Source: Fibrobacterales bacterium
GTDB lineage: Bacteria; Fibrobacterota; Fibrobacteria; Fibrobacterales; JAOPTW01
Assembly: GCA_051532055.1 (NCBI GenBank)
Contig: JAOPTX010000015.1
Location: 60,173-124,172 of the forward strand
Direction of reading: 5' to 3'
Length of the DNA stretch: 64,000 nucleotides
In this document: positions 10,199 through 19,817 of the stretch, one piece after another
Position numbering within the stretch: position 1 is the stretch's first letter
Layout: the number at the start of each line of letters is the position of its first letter
Notes under the pieces: model-generated
Database searches by the model: none
The model's input: the letters and a program-made list of their open reading frames with translations, nothing else
Told to the model about the DNA's origin: nothing
Made by a program: the position numbers and the translations under genes

Positions 10199-10582
10199 CT
10201 ATGGTAGAAATGTGTTAAAGGTTTTTGTTGCTACCTGGTCACCATCAATGGAGACCATAATTGTCCAAGGGCCCGCTTTGTCTTCATGCGGCTCCCAAAA
10301 TCTATCCCCGATATAATATCGGTATTCGTTTGATTTAATGTATGCTTCTCCGGTGAAGACAGGTACTGTCGTTCCATTTTCTTTCCATGGAGGGTGTTCC
10401 ATTGTGAAGGTAAGTAGGCTGTTTTTGTGCTTTTTAATAAGTAATATTAAACCAAATTCACTTTTAGGGCCAATGGGGATATCAGTTGTATATTGTACGA
10501 TACGAGGAAGAGGGCCTCCGTTAGAGTCCCAGCCAGTGTAAAGTCCATAACTTTCTATTGTGATATCAGTATTGCTAGCCAC
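10199..10582 (-). CDS. DUF3859-like protein
   Basis: YG.Y..WD...LP..TT.IP...EFG...HP...F.GE.Y..SN....Y.GD..WEP.EDK.G.W pattern. Confidence 0.7.
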   Translation of the reverse strand: MASNTDITIESYGLYTGWDSNGGPLPRIVQYTTDIPIGPKSEFGLILLIKKHKNSLLTFTMEHPPWKENGTTVPVFTGEAYIKSNEYRYYIGDRFWEPHEDKAGPWTIMVSIDGDQVATKTFNTFLP

Positions 10583-10707
10583 AAGGAATACAAATTATTT
10601 AATCATAGGTAATTAAATATACCTAAAATAGCGCTAATCTCAACAGAACAGATGGATATCTCATAGGGAGGTGGGGAAAGGTAAAGGAGAGTGAAGTGGT
10701 TTAGGGA

Positions 10708-11004
10708 CTACATGTTTTTTAATCGCTCACTCGGATTGAGAAGTATAACGAGTCTAAACCCAAAGTGACCATTTATAACTACAACTTCTCCCTTGGCTAA
10801 TGTTTTGTCGTTAACAATGAGATCAACATTTTCGCCTGCAGTTCGGGGGAGCTGAACAATAGAACCTTTTTTCAGATTAAGTAGGTTTCTGATTGTCATG
10901 TCTTTAGTACCGAGCGCCATCTTAACAGGAAGAAAGATATCCTGGAGCTGCTCGATATCGAGAGACTTTCTGGTGGAGCGATAATACTCTTTCTGATGTG
11001 CCAT
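10708..11004 (-). CDS. fliN: FliM/FliN C-terminal (SpoA) family flagellar switch protein
   Basis: LG...MTIRNLLNLKKGSIVQL..AGENVDLIVN...A.GEVVVIN..FG.R motif. Confidence 0.85.
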   Translation of the reverse strand: MAHQKEYYRSTRKSLDIEQLQDIFLPVKMALGTKDMTIRNLLNLKKGSIVQLPRTAGENVDLIVNDKTLAKGEVVVINGHFGFRLVILLNPSERLKNM

Positions 11005-11226
11005 AGTAGTAGTGCATTAAGGGTATATATCTAATATATCGTATTTTTCATCTACAATGTTAAGGGAAATTGTGGAAAACGGCTAAAAATGCTAAAAATA
11101 GATGAGAATGAAGAGAAATGAAGTAGATGGTGTGGGTATTTAACTCTCAGGGAGTAGTCGATAGGGGGCTTCCGTTGCAGATGGAGTTCTATTTTTATAC
11201 ATTTCATCGCAATATATAATAGATAT

Positions 11227-12159
11227 GTGAGTAAAATGTACGGTATCAATAAATTATCTGTTCTTGCAGTAGTGGTGTGGGGAATTGTTGGATGTGGGTC
11301 TAATGATATTGACCTTGATGGCATACCCAATGAAGTTGATGAGTGTCCTAAGATCAGTGAAGACCGCGATAACTTTGAAGACAATGATGGGTGTCCCGAC
11401 CCCGATAATGACCGGGATAAAGTAGCTGACACAAAAGACCGATGCCCACTTGTCCCAGAGGATCTCGATGGGTTTGAGGATGATGATGGATGTCCTGATA
11501 CTGATAATGATAAGGATGGTATGCCCGATTCACGAGATAAATGTCCTTTAAAAGCTGAAGATCGAGATAATTTTGAGGATACAGATGGGTGTCCTGAGCC
11601 TGATAATGATCAAGATGGGATTCTTGACATTAATGATAAGTGCCCTCTTGATAAAGAAGATCGTGATGAATTTCAAGATGACGATGGGTGTCCTGAGGAT
11701 GACAATGACAATGATGGTATAAAGGATGCTTTTGACAACTGTCCCAATGGTCCAGAGAATTTTAATGGTAAAGATGATGATGATGGGTGTCCCGATGCTG
11801 GTGCAGATCCTGTACCTACAGAGGCTTACCTTGATATTTCCTTTATAACGGGAACACCTGAGCTTACCTTTAATGATAAAATAATTATTGACAATCAATT
11901 GGTGCTCGGGCTTAAGGCTTATCCTCATCACAAGATCTTCATATACATTTACATGAAGAAAATTGAGATAGAACTTCCAGAGTATATTGAACTCATAAAT
12001 GAACGTACATCAGCAATTGTTGAGTATTTAGTTGAGCAGGGAGTTAATAAAGATAATCAAATTAGAGTACGTACAGTAACTGAAGAGCTCTATGAGAGTT
12101 TGAAAGATACTGAGGATGACTATAATCAAATTAAGAAATTAAAAATTATCAGACGATAG
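11227..12159 (+). CDS. Lipoprotein with thrombospondin type-3-like Ca-binding repeats and a degenerate OmpA-like C-terminal domain
   Basis: IVGC lipobox; DxDxDGxxDxxDxCP repeats; ERTSAIVEYLVEQGV resembles the OmpA_C helix. Confidence 0.8.
   Translation: MSKMYGINKLSVLAVVVWGIVGCGSNDIDLDGIPNEVDECPKISEDRDNFEDNDGCPDPDNDRDKVADTKDRCPLVPEDLDGFEDDDGCPDTDNDKDGMPDSRDKCPLKAEDRDNFEDTDGCPEPDNDQDGILDINDKCPLDKEDRDEFQDDDGCPEDDNDNDGIKDAFDNCPNGPENFNGKDDDDGCPDAGADPVPTEAYLDISFITGTPELTFNDKIIIDNQLVLGLKAYPHHKIFIYIYMKKIEIELPEYIELINERTSAIVEYLVEQGVNKDNQIRVRTVTEELYESLKDTEDDYNQIKKLKIIRR
11305..11799 (+). repeat. Five tandem 99-bp (33-aa) TSP3-like coding repeats
   Basis: Unit DxDxDGxxDxxDxCPxxxEDxDxFEDxDGCPxx occurs 5 times in frame. 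Confidence 0.9.
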
Positions 12160-12183
12160 TATCCTTGCCGTAAAAGACTTATA

Positions 12184-12221
12184 AGCCTTCCCTATTTTAT
12201 CTATAGGAGAAGGCTTTTTTT
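12184..12221 (+). terminator. Intrinsic terminator
   Basis: AGCCTTC(C)CTAT...ATAGGAGAAGGCT hairpin followed by a T-run. Confidence 0.7.
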
Positions 12222-12497
12222 ATTGATAATTATAGACTGTACACCATAATCCTTTTTGGGTTTTGCTTTCTTTTTCCTTTGTACTTAGCTGTAAAATGGA
12301 TAGTTACTTTCTTTTGAGGTGCTTAACGTATCCTTTGTGTTTGCCTCAAATTTCGAAAACTTGAAATTATCACCATTTCTACCCACTCTTATCCTAGGTG
12401 TGGATTGTGCTTAGAAAACATTTGTACCACCATATATTGTGCCTTCAGGATCTCTTGTAGGTAAAATAACCTATTTAACAAAAACTTATTCTAATTA

Positions 12498-12532
12498 GTG
12501 GGGAAGAATGGTATCTTTAGGGTAATTATGGG
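12498..12532 (+). promoter_or_regulatory. MraZ-binding direct repeats (dcw boxes)
   Basis: GTGGG, ATGGT, TAGGG and ATGGG at exact 10-bp spacing (12498, 12508, 12518, 12528) just upstream of mraZ. Confidence 0.8.
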
Positions 12533-12547
12533 TAAAAGTTAAAATAT

Positions 12548-13003
12548 ATGAGTGTGTTAGGTTTTTTTGGAAATAGTACGACAACTTTAGATACTAAAGG
12601 TCGTTGCTCATTCCCAAAAGAGTTGCGGAAACTACTCCCTGGTGAAAGCGAGGGCCAAGTTATGGTAACAGTTGGACCTGAAAACTCCTTGAGACTTTAT
12701 TCTATACCCGCTTGGAACGAGTATCTGCACGAACTAAAAAACCTTCCCAAAACCCGTTCAAATATTCATTCACTCCGTAAATTTATGGGGGGGGCTCGTC
12801 TCTCTAAACTAGATGGTCAACACCGTATGACTCTCACAGAAGAACAACGCGCCCATGCAGGCATTGAGGGTGAAGTAACCTTTCTTGGAGAAGGGGAGCA
12901 TGTCAGTATTTGGACACCTGAACGCTATGCAGAAATTTGTAACCCAACTGAGGATCAATACGACAACTTCTTCTATCTTGATGATGATATCAATGAGGGT
13001 TAA
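12548..13003 (+). CDS. mraZ: Division/cell wall cluster transcriptional regulator
   Basis: LDTKGR and LDGQHR SpoVT/AbrB repeats; first gene of the dcw cluster. Confidence 0.93.
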   Translation: MSVLGFFGNSTTTLDTKGRCSFPKELRKLLPGESEGQVMVTVGPENSLRLYSIPAWNEYLHELKNLPKTRSNIHSLRKFMGGARLSKLDGQHRMTLTEEQRAHAGIEGEVTFLGEGEHVSIWTPERYAEICNPTEDQYDNFFYLDDDINEG

Positions 13004-13006
13004 ATT

Positions 13007-13933
13007 ATGAGTTATCATCTACCAGTAATGGTTTCAGAAATTCTTGACTATATGATTGTACACTCAGAAGGTAATTATGTTGATTGCACTCTTGGTGGAG
13101 GTGGTCACTCGCAGGAAATATTAAAACGGATAACTTCAAAGAGTACTCTTGATTCGTTTGATCGAGACCCAGAGGCCATTGTCTATGCTACAGAACGTTT
13201 GAAAGAGTTTTCTAACTTTAAAGTTCATCATCGCCCTTTTTCAACAATTGGTGAAGTATTAGGTGATGCTACAGTTGATGGTATTCTTTACGATCTTGGT
13301 GTCTCATCACATCAACTCGATAAGGCTGAGCGTGGCTTTACTTTTCGGGAAAATGAAAAAGTTGACATGCGTATGAATCAGGATTCAGGTGAGTCAGCAT
13401 ATGATTTTTTATCAGCTATATCTGAAGATGCCCTTGCTTTATGTTTTAGAAAGAATGGTGATCTTAAAAAGAGTCGCCACCTTGCAGAAAAGATTAAAGA
13501 ACTTGTAGAGTCTAAGGGTGAAGATGAGCTGTATCCTTCTGACTTTAGAGCAGTGCTTCAAAAAGTATATAAAGGTCAACCACATAAACATAATGATTTT
13601 CTTGCACGGGCTTTTCAAAGTATTAGAATGGAAGTGAATGAAGAGCTGAAGCAGATTGAAGAATCATTTGACACCCTTGAGCGAATTATGAAGCCAGGTG
13701 GTCGAGTCTGCGTATTGAGCTATCATTCAGGAGAAGATCGTTTAGTAAAAAATATTATGCGAGAAAAAGAGCGTGAATGTACCTGTCCACAAGAGCTTCC
13801 AGTATGTATGTGTGGTTCTAACAATCGCACCTTTAAGAAAGTGTTCAATAAACCGTTGCCTCCGACTGAAAATGAGGTGGCACAAAATTCAAGGGCTCGT
13901 TCTGCAAAGCTGAGAGTCTATGAAAGGGTATAG
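13007..13933 (+). CDS. rsmH: 16S rRNA m4C1402 methyltransferase
   Basis: HLPV, DCTLGGGGHS, DLGVSS.QLD, DMRM, SYHSGEDR and N.RARSAKLR motifs. Confidence 0.97.
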   Translation: MSYHLPVMVSEILDYMIVHSEGNYVDCTLGGGGHSQEILKRITSKSTLDSFDRDPEAIVYATERLKEFSNFKVHHRPFSTIGEVLGDATVDGILYDLGVSSHQLDKAERGFTFRENEKVDMRMNQDSGESAYDFLSAISEDALALCFRKNGDLKKSRHLAEKIKELVESKGEDELYPSDFRAVLQKVYKGQPHKHNDFLARAFQSIRMEVNEELKQIEESFDTLERIMKPGGRVCVLSYHSGEDRLVKNIMREKERECTCPQELPVCMCGSNNRTFKKVFNKPLPPTENEVAQNSRARSAKLRVYERV

Positions 13934-13936
13934 GGA

Positions 13937-14197
13937 ATGAAAGGGATAGTGATAATAATTGGAAGTATTTTAGTTATGGCATTGATCGCATCATTTCCGG
14001 TGTGGAAACAAAATAAATATAATGATATTCAAAAAGAGAGCACCCGATTAGCTGCAATCTGTAGAACACTTGAAAGTGCATTACAGAAAAAAGAGTTTAA
14101 AATTAATGCTCTTCGTTCCCGCCAAAGAATTGAACAAATAGCTGCTGAACGTGGCTTAGGGTTTAACGCAACCTATACGGCGATAACAGAGAAATAA
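13937..14197 (+). CDS. ftsL: FtsL-like cell division protein
   Basis: TM plus coiled coil, RIEQIA motif; lies between rsmH and ftsI. Confidence 0.7.
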   Translation: MKGIVIIIGSILVMALIASFPVWKQNKYNDIQKESTRLAAICRTLESALQKKEFKINALRSRQRIEQIAAERGLGFNATYTAITEK

Positions 14198-14198
14198 A

Positions 14199-15968
14199 AT
14201 GCACCAATATCGAGACAATACCTCTAGCATTGAGTCGAGACTGATAGTCGTTCTCGCGGTTTTTGGGGTTATGTGGTTTATGATTGTTGGTATCACATTT
14301 CATATACAAATTGTTAAAGCAGATTACTTCACGAAAAAATCAGATCGACAATCAACGCAAAGACAGGTAGTGCTTCCTGAGAGAGGTACTATTTATGATC
14401 GCAATGGAACTGTGCTTGTTAAGACTCATATTGAGTCGGTAAAAGATAACAGCGTTCGTCGTTTTTTGCCTTTTGGGAAATTAGGCTCACAAGTGTTGGG
14501 GCACCTGGGTCGTGATGGCAAAGGCATGCTTGGAGTTGAACGATATTTTGACAATCAGCTTCGTGGTATTGATGGCTGGCGTTATAAGAAGGTTGATGTT
14601 AAGAGGCGTATCTATGAAGGAATGGAACTCGATGGTGCCGCTCCTGTTGCTGGTCTCGATATAGTGTTGACTATAGATAAAGAAATACAACATATTGCAG
14701 AGGGTGCGCTCGAGCGTGGTGTAAAAAAAGTGAAAGCTGATCGTGGGACTGCGGTGGTTATTGATCCACATACAGGAGAAGTTCTCGCCATGGCTAGTTA
14801 CCCTGATTATGATCCTAATAATCTCTCAAAATTAGATTTGTCAGCGACAAAAAATGATGTAGTTGCCAAAGTGTATGAGCCTGGGTCTACATTCAAGCTT
14901 GTTGCCGCAGCGGCTGCAATAGAAGAACGTATCTTACAATCGAATGATTCTATCAATGGTAACATGGGTGTTTATAAGATTTATGGAGATGTTATTCGAG
15001 ATACACATAAATATGGCTGGATTTCTTTTGCTGATGCGATGGCTTTCTCATCTAATGTTGGATTTGCACAAGTAGCAACTAAAGTAGGCAAGGAGGATTA
15101 TTTCAGATACGTACGGAGATTTGGATTTGGTACAAAGACAGGTATTCAAGTTCCTGGTGAAGAGAAGGGGCGATTAAAAAATATTTCTCGCTGGAGCGGA
15201 AGGACCCTTGTGACCATGGCCATGGGGCATGAAATTATGACTACTCCTCTTCAGGTGGCAATGGCCTACGGAACTGTGGCTAATGGTGGTGAATTATTAA
15301 AACCAAGAATTGTTAGGCAAATACGAGAGCGCACAACTAGTGAAGTAGTTCTTGATAACCCTAAACAGTCTATCAGAAGGGTGGTCTCGGAAGAAACTGC
15401 ATCTGAATTACGTGATATGCTCGCCGGAGTAGTTGAGTATGGAACAGCCAGAAACTTACAGTCAGATATTATCACTACAGCAGGAAAAACGGGGACCGCT
15501 GAAAAATATAGTGTCGATAAAAAACGGTATATTCGGTCATCAATGAACTCTTCATTTATTGGTATGGTGCCTGCGGCACATCCTCAGTATGTTTGTATGG
15601 TTGTAATTGATGAACCAAGGACATTTACCTCTGGGGCACGTACTGCCGGGCCAGTATTTAAAGAAATTATGGAGAAGATTCAGGTTTCACCCAATATTAA
15701 TCGACAGGGATCACGAGGGACATTTGCGAAGGCTATACCACAAACTAATGTTAAAGAGGGTATGTCTAAAAATGGATACATTGAAAAAAGAACCGTCATG
15801 CCAAATTTGAAAGGTAAATCGCTTAGAGAGGCTGTAGCACTAATGGCAGGACGCGGTGTGGCGGTAAAATTTTCTGGTTCAGGATGGGTGGTTAATCAGT
15901 CACCAATAATGGGTGAATCATTGGGTAATCGATCTAAATGTACTATAACCTTAATGGAGAAAATATAG
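14199..15968 (+). CDS. ftsI: Class B PBP (division transpeptidase) with a PASTA domain
   Basis: RG.IYDRNG, EPGSTFK (SxxK), SSN and KTG motifs; C-terminal MPNLKG PASTA. Confidence 0.93.
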   Translation: MHQYRDNTSSIESRLIVVLAVFGVMWFMIVGITFHIQIVKADYFTKKSDRQSTQRQVVLPERGTIYDRNGTVLVKTHIESVKDNSVRRFLPFGKLGSQVLGHLGRDGKGMLGVERYFDNQLRGIDGWRYKKVDVKRRIYEGMELDGAAPVAGLDIVLTIDKEIQHIAEGALERGVKKVKADRGTAVVIDPHTGEVLAMASYPDYDPNNLSKLDLSATKNDVVAKVYEPGSTFKLVAAAAAIEERILQSNDSINGNMGVYKIYGDVIRDTHKYGWISFADAMAFSSNVGFAQVATKVGKEDYFRYVRRFGFGTKTGIQVPGEEKGRLKNISRWSGRTLVTMAMGHEIMTTPLQVAMAYGTVANGGELLKPRIVRQIRERTTSEVVLDNPKQSIRRVVSEETASELRDMLAGVVEYGTARNLQSDIITTAGKTGTAEKYSVDKKRYIRSSMNSSFIGMVPAAHPQYVCMVVIDEPRTFTSGARTAGPVFKEIMEKIQVSPNINRQGSRGTFAKAIPQTNVKEGMSKNGYIEKRTVMPNLKGKSLREAVALMAGRGVAVKFSGSGWVVNQSPIMGESLGNRSKCTITLMEKI

Positions 15969-15969
15969 T

Positions 15970-17427
15970 ATGATGCTTGCAGAAATTCTCAGAAAGGTAA
16001 AAGGGGTAGAGACTACAATTGAGCTTTCGACCTCTATTTCAGGAATTACAGATGATTCGCGTTTAGTGACTCCAGGTATGGTATTTATTGTTATGCAGGG
16101 ATCTATGAAGGATGGGGCTCGATTTATACAAAGTGCCCTAGAGAATGGAGCAATTGCAATAGTATCAGAAAGTGCCTTTGAAAGTTCGGTTCACATTAGA
16201 GTATCCAGTGTAATCCAGGCTCGTGAGAAGATGGTTGTTGCTTACTATGGGTATCCAGCAAAAAAGCTTTCATTTGTGGGTATTACTGGAACAAATGGAA
16301 AAACTACTATTAGTTATCTCGTTAATAGCTTTTTGAAATATAATGGGACCCGCACGGCACTCAGTGGGACTATTGCCTCGGAAATTGCAGGCGAAAAAAC
16401 AGTAAGTAATTTAACGACTCCAGGTTTTATAAAGATGCAAGAGCTTTGTGCTGCATCGATTGCAAAAAAATGCGAAGCAATGGTAATGGAGGTGTCATCA
16501 CATGCACTCCATCAAAATCGTGTCCTCGGTATTGAATATGATGTTGGGGTCTTCACTAACCTTAGTCAGGATCATCTCGATTATCACAATGATATGGAAG
16601 AGTATTATCAGGCAAAGAAAAAACTCTTTTCCTCATATTTAAAAAATGGCGGGATCGCTGTAATTAATATGGATGATACGTCAGGCGCTCGGTTAATTCG
16701 TGAATTAACGATACCAGTCATCCGATACTCTCGATCCAATGAAGACGCTGACCTCTATTTTGTAGGAAGTTTTGTCCAGTCGGGAGTTAAAGAGTGTACG
16801 CTTCGATATAGAGGAAGAGAATTTAGTGTATGTACTGCATTATTTGGTGCGTTTAATGAAGAAAATATTCTTGCAGCAGCTGGTGCTGCTCTGGCTTATG
16901 GACTTTCGGAGGCACAGCTTGCTGATGCAATAGCAACAACGACAGTACCTGGCCGTATGGAGCTGATTTCATTTGGTAAACATAAGCGTGTATTCGTTGA
17001 CTATGCGCATACTTCTGATGCACTTCAGCGCGTATTGGAAAATGTACGTCCCATCTGCAAAGGTTCATTGAGAGTGCTCTTTGGATGCGGTGGTGATCGT
17101 GATAAGGGTAAAAGAATACTTATGGCACGGGCTGCTGAGTCAGTCGCGGATGTTGTGTATGTTAGTTCTGATAACCCTCGTACCGAAGAACCGAATGCCA
17201 TTATTTCAGATATACTTAAAGGGTTTGCATACGAAGAAAAAGTAATAGTTGAAGAAGATCGAAAGAGTGCTATTGAGAAGGCGCTCTCTGATATGGAAGA
17301 ATATGACTGCCTCGTTGTGGCTGGAAAAGGCCATGAAGATTATCAGATTATTGGAACTGTAAAACACCCATTTGATGATAGAACGATTGTAAGAGAGAGC
17401 ATACAGAATGACGCAGTTAGAGCTTAA
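15970..17427 (+). CDS. murE: UDP-MurNAc-dipeptide--meso-DAP ligase
   Basis: GITGTNGKTT, EVSSH, DHLDYH, DYAHT, DNPR (mDAP type) and GKGHE motifs. Confidence 0.96.
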   Translation: MMLAEILRKVKGVETTIELSTSISGITDDSRLVTPGMVFIVMQGSMKDGARFIQSALENGAIAIVSESAFESSVHIRVSSVIQAREKMVVAYYGYPAKKLSFVGITGTNGKTTISYLVNSFLKYNGTRTALSGTIASEIAGEKTVSNLTTPGFIKMQELCAASIAKKCEAMVMEVSSHALHQNRVLGIEYDVGVFTNLSQDHLDYHNDMEEYYQAKKKLFSSYLKNGGIAVINMDDTSGARLIRELTIPVIRYSRSNEDADLYFVGSFVQSGVKECTLRYRGREFSVCTALFGAFNEENILAAAGAALAYGLSEAQLADAIATTTVPGRMELISFGKHKRVFVDYAHTSDALQRVLENVRPICKGSLRVLFGCGGDRDKGKRILMARAAESVADVVYVSSDNPRTEEPNAIISDILKGFAYEEKVIVEEDRKSAIEKALSDMEEYDCLVVAGKGHEDYQIIGTVKHPFDDRTIVRESIQNDAVRA

Positions 17428-18802
17428 TATTGTAGAATTGGCAGAACTGCTAGAAACAAGCATTGTAGGTGATGATGTTGGAACAACTCGGTGTTGTATC
17501 AGCTTTGATTCTCGGGATACAATGGAAAACGTTATTTTTTGGCCCCTGGCTGGGGAACGACACGATGCACACACATTTATTGAGAGTGTAGTAAAAAAAG
17601 GAGCACTAGTGACAGTGGTAGCAAAAGAGTGGATTAAAGAACATCCTAATAGTGTAAAAACATATATACCTGTTGATAGTACCAATCAGGCTCTTCTTAA
17701 ATTGGCAAAAGGGTACGCTAAACGCTTCCCTATACCAAAAATTGCTATTACTGGTTCTAATGGTAAGACCACTACTAAAGATATGCTTAATGCAATCCTT
17801 TCAACGTCCCAATGTGGGATAGCGACAGAGGGTAATTATAATAACCAAGTGGGAGTTCCCCTCACGATTTTTAAGCTCAGAAAAGAACACCAGTATGGTA
17901 TTTTTGAAGTTGGTACAAGCGAAAATGGTGAGATAAAAGTACTTTCAAAAACTGTTGCTCCTCAATATGCGGTGATTACAAATATTGGGGCGAGTCATTT
18001 AGAGTTCTTTAAAAATGAAGATAATGTATATAAAGAGAAGATTCAGATAGTTGAAGGCCTCCAGAAAGGAGGGACTCTTTTTGTCAATGCTGATGACTCT
18101 TATTTTGCGAAACTCAAATCGACAACTCAATATAAATTGGTGACCTTTGGGATAAAGCATGGTCAAATTAAAGCAAAAGATATTACATGGGATGAAAACT
18201 CATGTGCATCATTTAAAGTGGGAAGAACTCTATATACCTTAACAGTTCCTGGAATTCATACGGTTTACAATGCACTTGCTGCGATAGCGGTAAGTAAAGC
18301 AATGAAAATTAGGCAACAAGATGCCGCTCAAGCTCTTGCGAGCTACACCGCGTCTAACTTAAGAACAGAAATGAAACAAGCAGATGGCTTTAAGGTTTTT
18401 GCAGATTGTTATAATGCAAATCCTTCATCGACGACTTCAGCGCTCCGATCAGTTGGTGAGATGAGTGTAGTGGGGAAAAAAATAGCAGTGCTTGGTGATA
18501 TGCTCGAACTTGGAGAAGTATCAGAAGAGAGGCACCTTAAAATAGGGACACTTGTCCCTGAACAGAATATAGACCAGCTTATTACTGTTGGTGACGCGGC
18601 GAAATCAATTGCAATTGGGGCCAGAAAAAGTGGCATGAGCCTAGAAAGTGTAACCCATTGCAAATCACTTGAGGAAGTGACTCGATTATTAAAAGAGAGC
18701 GTTTCAGAGGGAGACATGGTCTTAGTCAAGGCTTCTCGCGGAGTGAAACTTGATACAGTCGTTGATGCAGTAATGAAGTTTGAGCTTACGAAGGGATTAT
18801 AA
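17408..18802 (+). CDS. murF: UDP-MurNAc-tripeptide--D-Ala-D-Ala ligase
   Basis: ITGSNGKTTTKDM, GNYNN..GVP, D.YNANP, LGDMLELG and VKASRG motifs. Confidence 0.96.
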   Translation: MTQLELNIVELAELLETSIVGDDVGTTRCCISFDSRDTMENVIFWPLAGERHDAHTFIESVVKKGALVTVVAKEWIKEHPNSVKTYIPVDSTNQALLKLAKGYAKRFPIPKIAITGSNGKTTTKDMLNAILSTSQCGIATEGNYNNQVGVPLTIFKLRKEHQYGIFEVGTSENGEIKVLSKTVAPQYAVITNIGASHLEFFKNEDNVYKEKIQIVEGLQKGGTLFVNADDSYFAKLKSTTQYKLVTFGIKHGQIKAKDITWDENSCASFKVGRTLYTLTVPGIHTVYNALAAIAVSKAMKIRQQDAAQALASYTASNLRTEMKQADGFKVFADCYNANPSSTTSALRSVGEMSVVGKKIAVLGDMLELGEVSEERHLKIGTLVPEQNIDQLITVGDAAKSIAIGARKSGMSLESVTHCKSLEEVTRLLKESVSEGDMVLVKASRGVKLDTVVDAVMKFELTKGL

Positions 18803-18803
18803 G

Positions 18804-19817
18804 ATGATCTATAATACAACAGCACTTACTGTAGGATTAATGGCGAAGAGCTGTGAACTACAGCTTAATAATATTAGTGAGGGATTGATTGCAATTCCTC
18901 GTAATGCAAGGCATCGTTTTACGATACGTCTTTTAAACAGGATGCTTCGTAGTTATGGCGTAAAAATATATACACAGCAAGAAGAACAATCTCAGAAAGG
19001 TCGGTATTTAAGTACCTCTGTATCTGATTGTCTTCTACTGGCACGCGCTGGGCTAGAAGATGGGGTATTAAAACCTCAACACAATTTGTTTGGTATTGCT
19101 ACATCAAAGTTCGATAGTGATATTGATAATGGGTTTCATGATTCACAAGTTCAGTTTGTTGTGGAGGATCTTGTCGATATAGCAATGCATCCCTGTCCTA
19201 CAGAAGAAACAATGCCATTTAGTGTTGTACTTAAAGACGGGATGATTGTTGTTCGTGAACATACACTCTCACATATTATTGGTATTTCGAGTAGTTTAAA
19301 TATTCCAGATGGCACCTATATCGAAAATATTATTACTGCAATTTATGTTGCTAAATCACTTCATGTGTCCGTAGAAGAGATACGAGCAGCAGTCTCTGAA
19401 CTTTGTCTTCAAAGTATGGAAATGGAGATGGTGGCTGAAAAAAATGGGATGAAATATTTTGATAATTCAAATATTGTTTCTCACCGTGATGCTACAGAAA
19501 TTATACACTGTTTTGATGGAGAGTGTACGGTGATTTTAGGTGGACCGGATTTTAAGATGACTCCAGCTTTTGAAACCGCATTAGTAGATGCCAAAGCGTA
19601 CGTCGTAGCACTGCCAGGTACAGAAGATGTCTACCTTAAGGGTCTTCATGAACGTTTGCCCAATGTGTTTGATCATTGTCAATCAATGGAAGAAGTTGTT
19701 CATGAGTCTGAATCACTTTTAGATGAAGGTGGAGCAATTCTTTTTTTTCCAACTCTTAATGGAAGTCGTGGTGGGATGGAGAGTTTTGATTTTTTCAGAG
19801 AGGTATTGAAAAGTTGA
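18804..19817 (+). CDS. Truncated, catalytically degenerate MurD-like protein
   Basis: Occupies the murD position before ftsW. The C-terminal half aligns by eye with MurD (EMVAEKNGMKYFDNS, VILGG, SMEEVV...GGAILFFP), but the P-loop and N-terminal domain are absent. Confidence 0.7.
   Translation: MIYNTTALTVGLMAKSCELQLNNISEGLIAIPRNARHRFTIRLLNRMLRSYGVKIYTQQEEQSQKGRYLSTSVSDCLLLARAGLEDGVLKPQHNLFGIATSKFDSDIDNGFHDSQVQFVVEDLVDIAMHPCPTEETMPFSVVLKDGMIVVREHTLSHIIGISSSLNIPDGTYIENIITAIYVAKSLHVSVEEIRAAVSELCLQSMEMEMVAEKNGMKYFDNSNIVSHRDATEIIHCFDGECTVILGGPDFKMTPAFETALVDAKAYVVALPGTEDVYLKGLHERLPNVFDHCQSMEEVVHESESLLDEGGAILFFPTLNGSRGGMESFDFFREVLKS

Noticed and set aside
11305..11799. Repeat array as CRISPR or non-coding repeat
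   Set aside because: The repeats are degenerate, in-frame 99-bp coding units with no constant-repeat/unique-spacer structure.
11052..11931. Antisense ORFs 11052..11432 and 11548..11931
   Set aside because: They are shadows of the repetitive TSP3 gene and give low-complexity translations.
12314..12350. TTTGAGG...CCTCAAA hairpin as an ncRNA
   Set aside because: A single short stem with no other support.
18804..19817. Calling the MurD-like ORF a classical pseudogene
   Set aside because: It has no stops or frameshifts and is precisely coupled to murF and ftsW, so it is kept as a CDS.
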